DNA from: an uncultured Alphaproteobacteria bacterium | Lineage (GTDB): Bacteria > Pseudomonadota > Alphaproteobacteria > Rhodobacterales > Rhodobacteraceae | DNA: 64,000 nt | Direction of reading: 5' to 3' | NCBI GenBank assembly: GCA_913051655.1 | Contig: CAJXHI010000006.1 | Span: 34,273 to 98,272, forward strand | Part shown: piece by piece, positions 41,443-51,707 of the stretch | How the letters are laid out: each line of letters opens with the position of its first letter | Numbering within the stretch: position 1 is the first letter of the stretch | The notes under the pieces: model-generated | Seen by the model: the letters and a program-made list of their open reading frames with translations, nothing else | Databases searched by the model: none | Told to the model about the DNA's origin: nothing | Position numbers and translations under genes: made by a program

Positions 41443-42433
41443 GCGCAGCTCTTTGCAAATTCCGTGTAGGCGCGGATAGAAGTGACATGAGATCATCATG
41501 AAACGCGTCAAACTCTGCAGCGCCGAGAGTACTTTGAATGTACCCCTTAACACGCGGAATTAGCACAAGATAAGAGGATTTGTTCTCATTGTATGCTAGG
41601 CGAGCGAAAATGCCCAATATCCGTAAATTCCTTTGGATGCCCAAAATACGATAAGAAGCAAAAAAACTTTCGTTGTGCTCGTCCACCTGTGACAAATAAT
41701 AGCCGATCATGTCCTTTTCGATTTCTGGCGTTACGCAACGGCGTGCATCTTGGAGAAGCGAGACCAAATCATAGGCTGGATGGCAGATAAAGGCATCCTG
41801 AAAATCCAACAGCCCCACAGACGCAAAGCCCACACGGTTTTTTAAGAACATCAGATTTTCTGCATGACAATCCCGCAGCGAAATAACACGCTTACCATGA
41901 TCTATCACATTTAAAGCGCCTCTTAACTGCCTCTGGAGAGCAGAGACAACAGTGTGATCTTTTTGATTTTCATCCACGAAATGGTCAAAAAATGGATCCA
42001 GCATAGAAGTCAACACTTCGGAGGACGCGATGTTTAGAGTCTTGGGCGGTTTGAGACTACGCAGATAAATCAGGGCATCTATGGCGTCACGGTATAAGTC
42101 GACTTCGCGCTTTGGGTCGCTTTCCATCAAACGAGCGAAAACCTGATCCCCGAAGTCTTCCAAAAGTATAAGCCCACTTACAAGGTCACACGCGTATATT
42201 GTGGGCACAGACATACCATGGTCACGCAACACCCCCGCTACTTTACAAAATTGCTCTGTCTGGGATCGCTCTACGTCGCGTGCGTCCATCAAAATCGCAG
42301 ATTTACTTGAATTTTTAAGCCGCACGTACCGACGCGCAGACGCATCCGATGTCATTTGCGTAAACGACGCCCCACTCCATCCATGAGTTTCTATAAACCT
42401 GATTATATCTGTATCGAGTTTAGTTATCATCAA
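41435..42433 (-). CDS. aminoglycoside-phosphotransferase-fold kinase (AmgK-like anomeric MurNAc/GlcNAc kinase)
   Basis: 332-aa ORF with APH-type catalytic loop motifs (LRDCHAENLMF; LLDFQDA). It is paired with the MurU-like gene. Confidence 0.7.
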   Translation of the reverse strand: MMITKLDTDIIRFIETHGWSGASFTQMTSDASARRYVRLKNSSKSAILMDARDVERSQTEQFCKVAGVLRDHGMSVPTIYACDLVSGLILLEDFGDQVFARLMESDPKREVDLYRDAIDALIYLRSLKPPKTLNIASSEVLTSMLDPFFDHFVDENQKDHTVVSALQRQLRGALNVIDHGKRVISLRDCHAENLMFLKNRVGFASVGLLDFQDAFICHPAYDLVSLLQDARRCVTPEIEKDMIGYYLSQVDEHNESFFASYRILGIQRNLRILGIFARLAYNENKSSYLVLIPRVKGYIQSTLGAAEFDAFHDDLMSLLSAPTRNLQRAAHV

Positions 42434-42899
42434 GCATATCCTCTAGACGTCTAGACCAGAACCGCTCTTCATAGTGCAGCGCGATTTGACGCTCTTCGTG
42501 TTGGGATGTGGTGATGATGTCAATTTGCAGTGCTTGTTCAGGAATCAGTGACCCTAAAATATCAGGCCACTCAATAAGGCAAATTGCGTTATCAAATGCT
42601 TCTAAAAGGCCCAATTCTTCAACCTCATCCACAGAAAAAAGGCGATAGAGATCTGCATGTACGACTTCCCCGACACGCGTGTCATAGGTTTGAACCAAAG
42701 TAAATGTGGGCGACGGTACGTCTTCTGGTTGCTCCTGCATCGATTGAATAACTGTACGCGCAATAAAACTTTTGCCAACGCCGATATCCCCTCGTAGGAG
42801 AACAATATCTCCCCGCACTAAAGCCGCGCCTAGCGAAAGCGCAAATGCTCGCACTGCGCTTTCTGTTTTCAGATGAACAGATTTCAAACTTCGTGCCAT
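42420..42899 (-). CDS. tsaE: tRNA t6A37 biosynthesis ATPase TsaE
   Basis: It has the P-loop LRGDIGVGKSFIAR and the downstream PSPTFTLVQTY motif. About 159 aa result from the internal Met. Confidence 0.85.
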   Translation of the reverse strand: MARSLKSVHLKTESAVRAFALSLGAALVRGDIVLLRGDIGVGKSFIARTVIQSMQEQPEDVPSPTFTLVQTYDTRVGEVVHADLYRLFSVDEVEELGLLEAFDNAICLIEWPDILGSLIPEQALQIDIITTSQHEERQIALHYEERFWSRRLEDMLDDN

Positions 42900-43983
42900 G
42901 ACGATACCATGACAGCGCAAAGAAAGCTTCACAAGATAGATTTATATGTCAGACAAGATACCGAATGTTTGTATAACTGGAGATTTGTCCAACTACCGCA
43001 TTCGGTGTCCATTTTACTATAAACAACCCATCAGAGAATTTTTTTTGGCCAAATTCTTCGAAAATATCCGCACCAATGATCCATTTATCACCGTGCTGCC
43101 ACAAAATGTATCTAAGCTAAATTTTCAAATAGCTTTTTCCCGTTCCGCGGAATGTCACACTTGCATTTTCTAATTCATTTAAGGACTCGTTGATCTAATC
43201 CTAGGATCGGATTGCAATCACTTTATTGTAATAATCTTTGGAAATTCTTCAATAAGCATTGTAATTGTCCCATCTAATTGAGGTCTGCCAGTCAGTCGGT
43301 AAACAAGTCCGCTAGAAAGCAATCAAAGGTCTTGATAAAATCCTTTTTCAACTTCTGCAGACATCTCGTTCAACCTCTTGCAACAATCTGTGCAATCCTT
43401 CGTTTCAGGCATGATTTGGCTGTCTCTCAAACGGTCAAAGACGCTCATCAATCTGGCTTAGCCATCAGAAAATCAGCGCCTAAACGTGTCAAATCAATCA
43501 GTGCAGGGTTGAACATAATCAATTTGCGCCATTGGTTTAAGTTTGGACGAAGTTCTTTTATGACTGCTCCACACTGACAAGCCGAGTTACACTCACTGCA
43601 TAATTAACACAACCACCAAACTCAGTTACCAATATACAAACCCAAGCGGATTTTTATCCATCAATTTTTCTTGAACTACAGGCTTTAAAAAAATGCATAT
43701 CTGTTACCTAAAATTTAAATTTTCACAAGGCCAAACGCTAGTTTTTACTCACAGACCAAATTGAGATATCCACGCATTTAATGAATTCTTCGATTTGTTC
43801 TGTAATCCGGTGAGAGGGCTAGCGCTTGAGAAATTGGTGCAACTTTATAAAGGAAAATTATATAAATTATGCGTAGACACTAAGCACGATTAATATTTCC
43901 AACCACATATCCATGCGTTTCCCCAATGATGTAATTAAGTCGTCGATCTTAAATCAATGTTCAAATAAAATATAGTCGGTGCT

Positions 43984-45369
43984 CTAAATTTTTAGCGTCT
44001 GATTTTTGCCCAATGCTCCACTGGGCTGTTCAATTTTCGACCGGAGCCAACTGACCGTCACGATTGCTCCAATTTTAAAGCGGGCTGATTTTTCTGTCTG
44101 ATCCTCATGACGTCCATTAGAAAATGTCAGCTCAGCCCCTGTTCGTTCAAGAAGCGTTTTAGCGATAAATAAACCCAATCCCATGCCTTCATAACCAGGA
44201 CGTTCAATGCTGCCGCTTTCAGATCGCTTCACACCCATGAAAGGGTCTCCTATCCGAGGCAAAATCCCGATTGGAAATCCCGGCCCATCATCTAAAATTT
44301 CAATCCGCAGGTCATCTTCTGTCCAAGTGACATTAACCAACACTTTCGACCGGCTGAAATCAACTGCATTTTGCATCATATTGCGTAGTCCGTGAATGAC
44401 CTCTGGGTGGCGGAATACGATAGGCTGCACTTGCTTAGCACCGTCCTCAGGGGCATAATAACTTTCGATCTTAATACCACGTTTTGCATGTGGTTCAGCA
44501 GCTTCGCGTATAATTTCGCTGATAGGAGCGGTGCGTAAATGTTTGTCACTTTTGCCTACGCGCCCCATTGATCGTAAGATATCACGACATCGGTCTGCCT
44601 GTTCTCTGATCAATTCTGCGTCCTCATAAAGCTCCGGACGACCTTGCAATTCCTCCATTAACTCCGCACTGGTCAATTTGATTGTGGCTAGAGGCGTACC
44701 AAGTTCATGCGCGGTAGCGGCTACGACACCACCAAGATCCGTTAACTTCTGCTCCCGGCTGAGCGCAATCTGTGTGGCCAGCAATGCATCGCCCATGGTG
44801 TTCATTTCGCTCGTGATCCAACGGGAATAGACGCTCAAAAATATCAAAGCGATTACAATAGCAATCCAATTACCAAATATGAAAATATCAGGAATTCCTA
44901 AAAACATACCCTGCTGAGTGGTTAACGGGATATGATAAAGAGATAAGATTGTGGCAATCAGCGTTGCACTCCCACCAAGAATGATAGTCGATCTCAACGT
45001 CAAAACCGACGCAGACACCGCGACCGGAGCTAATAAAAGAATACTAAAAGGATTTTGCAATCCCCCTGTCAGATAAAGCAAAAACCCAAGCTGCAAAACA
45101 TCAAAAAGGATCATCAACATATTTTCTGTTTCTGACAACCGTTTGTTGCCAGGAAATGCAAACATCGAACCAATATTGACAGCTACAGAGACCCCGACAG
45201 TGATTAGGCATAACAGCACTTGAATCTGTAAATCAAAATATTCAACCGCAATGACAATGGCAGATAATTGTCCAAAGATGGCAGCCCAGCGTAAAAGAAT
45301 AAGCGTTCGCAACCTGATCCAACTGCTGCGGCGTTGTTCAGAAAATGGGCTGATATATGTATCCGTCAT
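43984..45369 (-). CDS. regB: redox-responsive sensor histidine kinase RegB/PrrB
   Basis: There are six predicted TM helices with the conserved GGLQNPF segment. The H-box is ATAHELGTPLATI and a redox-box Cys lies in REQADRCRDIL. It is divergent from senC-regA. Confidence 0.85.
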   Translation of the reverse strand: MTDTYISPFSEQRRSSWIRLRTLILLRWAAIFGQLSAIVIAVEYFDLQIQVLLCLITVGVSVAVNIGSMFAFPGNKRLSETENMLMILFDVLQLGFLLYLTGGLQNPFSILLLAPVAVSASVLTLRSTIILGGSATLIATILSLYHIPLTTQQGMFLGIPDIFIFGNWIAIVIALIFLSVYSRWITSEMNTMGDALLATQIALSREQKLTDLGGVVAATAHELGTPLATIKLTSAELMEELQGRPELYEDAELIREQADRCRDILRSMGRVGKSDKHLRTAPISEIIREAAEPHAKRGIKIESYYAPEDGAKQVQPIVFRHPEVIHGLRNMMQNAVDFSRSKVLVNVTWTEDDLRIEILDDGPGFPIGILPRIGDPFMGVKRSESGSIERPGYEGMGLGLFIAKTLLERTGAELTFSNGRHEDQTEKSARFKIGAIVTVSWLRSKIEQPSGALGKNQTLKI

Positions 45370-45443
45370 GAATCTTTCTTCAAGAATTTTGACTTGTTCT
45401 CATTCCACAAGATGGTAGGAAGCTGCATTAGTAACCAAGCATT

Positions 45444-46094
45444 TTGGGTAAAGCTTTGTCAAAAAAAATCTTGATCATAGCAAGTATTGTTCTCGCAGGC
45501 TTTTTATTTTGTATCTGGCTAGCCACATTACCTGCAGGGAATTTCTTTCAGCGCAGTGATGATCCTTTCGCAGAATGCAGGACCACGCAGATTGTTGGTA
45601 GCGCGGGAACGATTGGCGGGCCATTTTCATTGATCAATCAAGATGGTAAAAAGGTTAGTGAGAAGGAGGTAATTAAAGAGCCGTCTTTTGTCTATTTTGG
45701 ATACACATTTTGTCCTGATGTATGTCCCTTGGACAGTGCACGCAACGCAGAGGCGGTTGATCTGTTGGCGCAGCAGGGGCTACCCGCAACGCCAATCTTT
45801 ATCTCGATTGATCCCAAAAGAGACACACCAGAGGTAGTGGCCGAATTTACAAAGTGGATACATCCAAAAATGATTGGGCTGACCGGCACAGCCGAACAAG
45901 TAAAAGCCGCAAGCAAAGCCTACAGAACATATTACAGGGCGGATGATCAAGAGGATGCGGAATTCTATTTGGTCGATCACTCGACCATGACCTACCTCAT
46001 GTTGCCAGAATACGGCTTCGTTGAGTTTTTCAGACGGGACGAAAGCGCAAACACCCTTGCAGAGAAGGCTGCCTGTTTTATTTCGCAATCTTAA
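45444..46094 (+). CDS. senC: SCO1/SenC (PrrC) copper chaperone/thiol-disulfide protein
   Basis: It has an N-terminal TM anchor and the CxxxC motif FGYTFCPDVCP. The start is TTG, as given by the ORF track. Confidence 0.85.
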   Translation: MGKALSKKILIIASIVLAGFLFCIWLATLPAGNFFQRSDDPFAECRTTQIVGSAGTIGGPFSLINQDGKKVSEKEVIKEPSFVYFGYTFCPDVCPLDSARNAEAVDLLAQQGLPATPIFISIDPKRDTPEVVAEFTKWIHPKMIGLTGTAEQVKAASKAYRTYYRADDQEDAEFYLVDHSTMTYLMLPEYGFVEFFRRDESANTLAEKAACFISQS

Positions 46095-46267
46095 CGTTCT
46101 GTTTTTCCGTCAAAATCAAGCAGCGAAGGTTGCTTGCACCTGTTATGTAAGACAATGATTCATAAAAAAATGGATCAGATGCGAAGGTCTTTTTTCGCCT
46201 TTGTTTGACCATCTTATCAATTGGCACTATCTGTAATTTAACGAAACGGCAGGAACGGAGTGCCATC

Positions 46268-46825
46268 TTGGTAGCTGAACGAAAAATCGAAGATATTGGC
46301 GTTGATAAATCATTACTCATTGTAGATGACGATGAACCGTTTTTGCGTCGTCTTGCCAAAGCGATGGAAAAACGGGGCTTTGAAGTGGAAACTGCAGGTT
46401 CGGTCGCTGCTGGACGCGCAATTTCAACGGCAAGACCGCCTGCCTACGCTGTTGTGGATTTGCGCCTTGAGGATGGAAACGGGCTTGATGTTGTCGAAGT
46501 CTTGCGCACCAAACGCCCCGGATGCAGAATTGTCGTGTTAACAGGCTATGGGGCGATCGCCACAGCAGTGGCTGCTGTCAAGATAGGGGCTATTGATTAC
46601 TTGAGTAAACCTGCCGATGCGACGGACGTGATGAACGCTTTGCTTGCAAAAGAAGATGATTTACCTCCCCCACCTGAAAACCCGATGAGCGCGGATCGTG
46701 TGCGTTGGGAACATATTCAGCGGGTTTACGAACTGTGTGATCGCAACGTTAGTGAAACAGCACGGCGGTTGAACATGCATAGACGCACTTTGCAGCGGAT
46801 CTTAGCGAAACGTTCCCCCAAATAA
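46268..46825 (+). CDS. regA: response regulator RegA/PrrA
   Basis: It has a receiver domain (SLLIVDDDEPFLRRLAKAMEKRGFEV; D in VVDLRLEDGNG) and a highly conserved HTH (NVSETARRLNMHRRTLQRILAK). The start is set at TTG 46268, with GGAG 8 nt upstream, giving about 185 aa like Rhodobacter RegA. Confidence 0.9.
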   Translation: MVAERKIEDIGVDKSLLIVDDDEPFLRRLAKAMEKRGFEVETAGSVAAGRAISTARPPAYAVVDLRLEDGNGLDVVEVLRTKRPGCRIVVLTGYGAIATAVAAVKIGAIDYLSKPADATDVMNALLAKEDDLPPPPENPMSADRVRWEHIQRVYELCDRNVSETARRLNMHRRTLQRILAKRSPK

Positions 46826-46853
46826 GAGTATTAAATCTCAGTGTCGATTGAGG

Positions 46854-48074
46854 CTAGGCGGCTTTTCCTGCGACGATCCCTTTGTCAAAAAGCTCAGCTA
46901 TTTCCGTGTCATCGGCTCCAACAACATCGCTCAGTATTTCTTCTGTATGTTGTCCCAACCTCGGCGCAGGCTGCGCATCGTTTGCACCACATTGCCCAAA
47001 GTTCACAGGCGAAGCCGGTATAGGAAAACTACCCAGCCCCGGTTGATCCATCATTTTGAACATCGGGTTATCGATTGATAAGTCTTTGTCCAGTTCTAAC
47101 GCCTCTTTCAGAGACCGAAAAATAGACCAAGTCACTCCCGCTTTATCAAATTCCGGTGCAAAGTCCGCAATAGCGCGTTGTGCAAACCATGGTTCCAACA
47201 AAGAAGAAATCCGATGGCGTAATGCCCAACGATTACTTTCTTCTTTCAATGATAGTCCTGTTTCTTTTTCAAGAGCCGCCATTGCCTGAGAGCTTTCGGT
47301 TGCATCGACAATCAGTTTCCATTGCCGATCGGTTAATCCGATCACCATTACACGCTGATCATCCGCACAAAGAAAGTCATGGCCATAGGCACCATAAAGA
47401 TCATTGCCCGATTTACCGCGTTGGTTAAGATTTGTGGCGGCATCGCCAATCATGCCCAAATGACCAAGCGTTGCTGCCGCGACATCCTTGAGCGAAAGTT
47501 CAACATCATCGCCCTGTCCATTGCGAAGCCTTCTTCGTTCCGCAGCCAAAAGCGCTGACACAACCATATTCCCGGCAATCAAATCCCAGGCCGGAAGCGC
47601 GTTGGCAACCGGATCGGGATATCCCTCTGGCCCTGTGATATGCGGTATGCCAAGAGCCGGGTTGACCGTATAATCCACAGCTGGACGTCCAGCGCGGTCT
47701 CCTGTGAGAGTCACCATGATTAAATCACTTCGGTATTTAGATAGGTTTTCATGATCCATCCAGCCTTTGACGCGCAAGTTTGAAATAAAAAAACCTGCAT
47801 CTTCGCCCGGTGCTGTTATTATCCTTGTGATCAAGTCTTTGCCTTCGGGGCTACGCATATTTATGGCGATGGAGCGTTTTCCTTTGTTCATTCCCGACCA
47901 AAAATGACTTTGGCCGCTCGCAGATATTGGCCAACGTTTTGCGTCCAACCCTCCTTCAAGACGATCAAAGCGGATGACGTCAGCTCCCATCTGGGCAAGT
48001 GTCATTCCTGCCAAGGGAACGGCCACAAAGGCAGATCCCTCTATCACACGCATTCCATTCAAAACTGTGCTCAT
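46854..48074 (-). CDS. family III (CaiB/BaiF) CoA-transferase
   Basis: LNGMRVIEGSAFVAVPLAGMTLAQMGADVIRFD is a typical family III N-terminus. The start is at ATG 48074, with AAGGGG 5-6 nt upstream. Confidence 0.85.
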   Translation of the reverse strand: MSTVLNGMRVIEGSAFVAVPLAGMTLAQMGADVIRFDRLEGGLDAKRWPISASGQSHFWSGMNKGKRSIAINMRSPEGKDLITRIITAPGEDAGFFISNLRVKGWMDHENLSKYRSDLIMVTLTGDRAGRPAVDYTVNPALGIPHITGPEGYPDPVANALPAWDLIAGNMVVSALLAAERRRLRNGQGDDVELSLKDVAAATLGHLGMIGDAATNLNQRGKSGNDLYGAYGHDFLCADDQRVMVIGLTDRQWKLIVDATESSQAMAALEKETGLSLKEESNRWALRHRISSLLEPWFAQRAIADFAPEFDKAGVTWSIFRSLKEALELDKDLSIDNPMFKMMDQPGLGSFPIPASPVNFGQCGANDAQPAPRLGQHTEEILSDVVGADDTEIAELFDKGIVAGKAA

Positions 48075-48087
48075 GATTGTCCCCTTT

Positions 48088-48918
48088 TTACCAGTTTGCC
48101 TGCGCCTGCATAGTTTGATGACCCCGGGGCACGCCAGCAAAAAGGTTCAGGCTGTCTTCATCCTCCACTCCGCAAACAAGAAGATCATCGAAGTGGAAAC
48201 ACGGGTGAACGCCCCTAAATGAAAACTTTGACATCGATTTTCGTGCATGCTCTGCGGCAGATTTGGCCAATATCATGGCCTGCATAGGTCCATGAACAAC
48301 GAGCCCCGGATATTTCTCAACCTCCTTTGCATAAGGCAGATCAAAATGAATCCGATGAGCATTGAATGTGATCGCAGAAAACCGAAACAACCGCGTGGTT
48401 GGCATCGCATAACGACGTTCAAAAACATTACTTCCGGGCATGGGCCTTTTGACAGGTGGTTCAAAAAATTTTGGCATCGCTAGATACACGATGCTTTGGG
48501 ATTCCCGGATCGCTAACCCACATTCACCAGAAACCTCATGCGCCACAGTTACAAAGGCCAGCTTTCCGGATGAGCCGTCCTTTATGTCGACCTTTTCAAT
48601 CGTGGCAGTGCGAGTCAAAGACTCTCCCACGTGCAGATCTCGCAAGAATTGCAACTTTCCACTGGCCCACATGCGTCGCTCTAAACCGAGGTCTGGCAAA
48701 AACGTACCTTTGTCGGGGTGACCATCTTTTCCCAAGTCATCCGTTGGAACAACGGGAGAAAAAGCACACCAATGACAAAGTTGAGGCAAAATTGCTCCAT
48801 TGTTGGTTTCGCTAGTCCAGCCAAATGTTGCAAATATTTCCGCGCAGCGTTGTGTACTTATAACACCCGTCTCCGTAAAATTTCGGCCAACATACTCCTG
48901 CGCAACTGGATCTTTCAT
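48088..48918 (-). CDS. double-hotdog MaoC-like acyl-CoA (de)hydratase
   Basis: 276-aa ORF whose C-terminal half has a MaoC-like segment (SAITFNAHRIHFDLPYAKEVEKYPGLVVHGP). It is coupled upstream of the CoA-transferase. Confidence 0.65.
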   Translation of the reverse strand: MKDPVAQEYVGRNFTETGVISTQRCAEIFATFGWTSETNNGAILPQLCHWCAFSPVVPTDDLGKDGHPDKGTFLPDLGLERRMWASGKLQFLRDLHVGESLTRTATIEKVDIKDGSSGKLAFVTVAHEVSGECGLAIRESQSIVYLAMPKFFEPPVKRPMPGSNVFERRYAMPTTRLFRFSAITFNAHRIHFDLPYAKEVEKYPGLVVHGPMQAMILAKSAAEHARKSMSKFSFRGVHPCFHFDDLLVCGVEDEDSLNLFAGVPRGHQTMQAQANW

Positions 48919-49052
48919 TCTTTCCGCCCTTTAACCTAGGCAAATACATAAGAGAAAAAATCAAAAAATCAAAAAATATGTAAGGAATGGGTCAATTCTT
49001 GTTCTAACCACTTTTGCTTTTCATCTTTGATCACAAGCAATAGGTCCCAACG

Positions 49053-49405
49053 ATGCGCAAAAATTCTACAGATATTACTGCTACTGCAGAAATGACCATC
49101 GGGCTTTTGATCTTCTTGCTTTGACGCCTAGATCAATCTCAGACCTTGTCCAGACGCGCTTTCCTCGTTGCAAAAATTGAATTTCACATCTAGTGGCCCA
49201 AAGTGGTATTTACCAGTGAGGAAAAATTATGCAGGCGGTAGCAGTTTTGACGAAAAACACGAAACCAACAGATACTGAGATAAACGGTGTCATGGCGGGC
49301 AACTTGTGTCTTTGCGGAACCTATACTGAAATGCAAGGCGCGTATGACGCTAATGTAAGTAAATTTGATAATATAATTGGTAAAATCGAAAAATTCTTGG
49401 ATTAA
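49053..49405 (+). pseudogene. decayed [2Fe-2S] small-subunit gene of a molybdopterin oxidoreductase (IorA/CoxS-like)
   Basis: The 58-aa tail ORF 49229-49405 reads AVLTKNTKPTDTEINGVMAGNLCLCGTY, against the family motif LL..NP.PT..EI...M.GN.CRCGTY. Upstream frames show AEMTIGL (like TTIEGL) and RRAFL, separated by stops and frameshifts. The N-terminal Cys cluster is absent. Confidence 0.5.
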
Positions 49406-49573
49406 ATCAGTGAAATGTAGAGTACAATCGTGATGGTCACAACGGACCATGGCGATATGCTACGCGAAGCGATCGACTGGCGCAGTTTGCTGCCGATAGT
49501 CAAAGGCCAATATGATTCTGTTGATGAGGCTAGTAAGAGAATATTTTGCCGAAATTGCGTATATATTTTTTGC

Positions 49574-50719
49574 TTAGATCACAGCGCAAAGGGTCGCAGT
49601 CAGATTATCCGTTGTAAGTGCTACAGCGTTGCCGCCACAACTTGGATCACCCAGCGCTCCTTTGACCAAAACTTCCACGTCGGGGTTTGACACACCAAAA
49701 TCTGAAAGGGTTTTGGGAATTGCAAATCCATCATTGAAAGCGTCTACAAAATCACAAAATCCAGCAAAACCACCCGAAACGCCAATGTAACTGGCAACCT
49801 CATCAAAGCGGTCTTTGATCATTGGAGCGTTCAGCTTAAGGACTTCTGGCATCAGCACGGCATTCGTTGTGCCGTGATGCGTGTTATAATGGGCACCAAT
49901 TGGATGGCTTAGCGCATGTATTGCCCCAAGCCCTTTTTGAAAGGCTGTTGCCCCCATCAACGCGGCGGACATCATGTGCGCGCGCGCATTCAGGTCGTCA
50001 GGAATTTTATAGGCGGTAGGCAGATTTTCGATGACAAGCTTCATGCCCTCAACCGCGATCCCCTGCCCCATAGGGTGGTAATGCGGAGAACTAAAAGCTT
50101 CAACACAATGGGCAAAAGCGTCGAGACCTGTTCCTGCAGTGATAAACTTAGGCATTCCAACGGTTAGCTCGGGATCACAGATCACTACAGCGGGCAACAC
50201 TTTGGGATGATAGATGATCTTTTTCTCATGGGTTTCAGAATTGGTGATGACGCTCGCGCGTCCAACCTCTGACCCCGTTCCCGCGGTGGTGGGAACAGCA
50301 ACAATCGGGAAGATAACCGAGGCATCAGCACGAGTCCACCAATCCTCAATGTCTTCGAAATCCCAAACAGGACGAGACTGCCTCGTCATAAAAGCCACCA
50401 TTTTGGCGAGGTCCAATCCAGACCCTCCGCCAAAGGCCACTACACCGTCATGCCCACCCGTGCGAAAGACATCCAAGCCTGCAGCTAGATTTTTTTCGTT
50501 CGGATTTACATCTACATTTGCAAATTTTGCAGAATTAAGGCCACCGCTTTGCAGAATATCCATCGCTCGCTCTGTGATGGGTAAATCAGACAATCCCCGA
50601 TCTGTCACCAAAAGTGGTTTTTTCATTCCCACTGAAAGACAGGCCTCTGCCAATTCATCAATGCGTCCTGCGCCAAACCTGATAGAGGTTGGATAAGACC
50701 AGTTCGCGTTAAGTGTCAT
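49574..50719 (-). CDS. iron-containing (group III) alcohol dehydrogenase
   Basis: Fe-ADH motifs are present (VAFGGGSGLDLAK; GAIHALSHPIGAHYNTHHG). The start is set at ATG 50719, preceded by AGGA. Confidence 0.9.
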   Translation of the reverse strand: MTLNANWSYPTSIRFGAGRIDELAEACLSVGMKKPLLVTDRGLSDLPITERAMDILQSGGLNSAKFANVDVNPNEKNLAAGLDVFRTGGHDGVVAFGGGSGLDLAKMVAFMTRQSRPVWDFEDIEDWWTRADASVIFPIVAVPTTAGTGSEVGRASVITNSETHEKKIIYHPKVLPAVVICDPELTVGMPKFITAGTGLDAFAHCVEAFSSPHYHPMGQGIAVEGMKLVIENLPTAYKIPDDLNARAHMMSAALMGATAFQKGLGAIHALSHPIGAHYNTHHGTTNAVLMPEVLKLNAPMIKDRFDEVASYIGVSGGFAGFCDFVDAFNDGFAIPKTLSDFGVSNPDVEVLVKGALGDPSCGGNAVALTTDNLTATLCAVI

Positions 50720-51707
50720 ATTTCCTGATCCTTTTTGCAAAGCTGTTTCACTTTATTGTGCCACCCTTCGCTACAACGAATGCTAAAGATCGTCTGAATA
50801 CCTTTGTGCATCACCTCAAAGAGTAAATATATTAGCCCCGCGCAAAACGATAAAGTCAACTCTGCAGCGCGGTTTATGTTGCCACAAACATTTTGTAATT
50901 GTCGCGTACCGCAACATTCTGACTATCTCCTTTCCACTTTTCGCGAAAGTAAATTTAAATTCAATTAAACATGCTGCCTTTTCAAATAAAGAGCAAAATA
51001 GGCACATCGCTAAAACTTGTGCTGCGATGGAAGCAATCGATATTAAGGTTCTATTTGCTACGGTCTATAGCGATGAAGCTTGGCTGATTACAAATGTCAT
51101 TATTAAAACACCAGCCATCAATGCAACACGCACGTAGTTACAAAGTGAAAAACTTATCCGCTCGTCATTTATGGAATTTTAATAGTGGAGGAGGCACATG
51201 AATCCCTGATCCGTGAATTATAATGACAGAACTTCTTGTTAAAATATCTGAAAACGGTAGCCTAATTAGTCAGGTAACTAGTGTGTTTGAAAGTGAGATT
51301 AATATCTACACGTGGAATGAGTGATATCCCAGTCCTACACGATGATCTTGACTCGATAAAACGTAAAACTCAAATAAATCGACTGTTTTTAGGCAAATCT
51401 TAATTAGCTGTTTTTTAAAAAATCTAAGTCAAAGAGACGCGAAGTTCATTATTGATATGATGGTAAATATGCGCATTAACATGGCGTTTATTTAAAAATG
51501 ACCAAACACAATTTTGATCAACGCACTTATGAATAAATTAAAGATAGTGATAAATTTGACGTAATTACAGGCCGATATACGTTTTTGGCTGCAACTCACA
51601 CGCTCAACCCAGAACTTTCAAATAACATTTTGAAACAAACAACTGCATTGCAACAACGGGCTCAGTATGCTGCACGATACCAGTTAGAATGCGATTGAGA
51701 GCACACT

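Noticed and set aside
41443-41553. Long N-terminal extension of the MurU-like ORF overlapping the kinase gene by 119 nt
   Set aside because: The nucleotidyltransferase motif begins right after Met 41442/41430. The extension is hydrophobic and odd, and it lies inside the upstream gene.
42946-43577. Plus-strand ORFs 42946-43173 (75 aa) and 43278-43577 (99 aa) in the tsaE-regB spacer
   Set aside because: Their composition is basic and odd, with no SD. The opposite strand gives more natural-looking, though broken, frames. Neither strand yields a confident gene.
49190-49450. 86-aa minus-strand ORF
   Set aside because: It overlaps the plus-strand frame, which shows the 2Fe-2S small-subunit tail motif. 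The minus-strand translation has no recognisable features.
50214-50696. 160-aa plus-strand ORF
   Set aside because: It is antisense to the Fe-ADH gene and its translation is Pro/Ser/Ala-rich.
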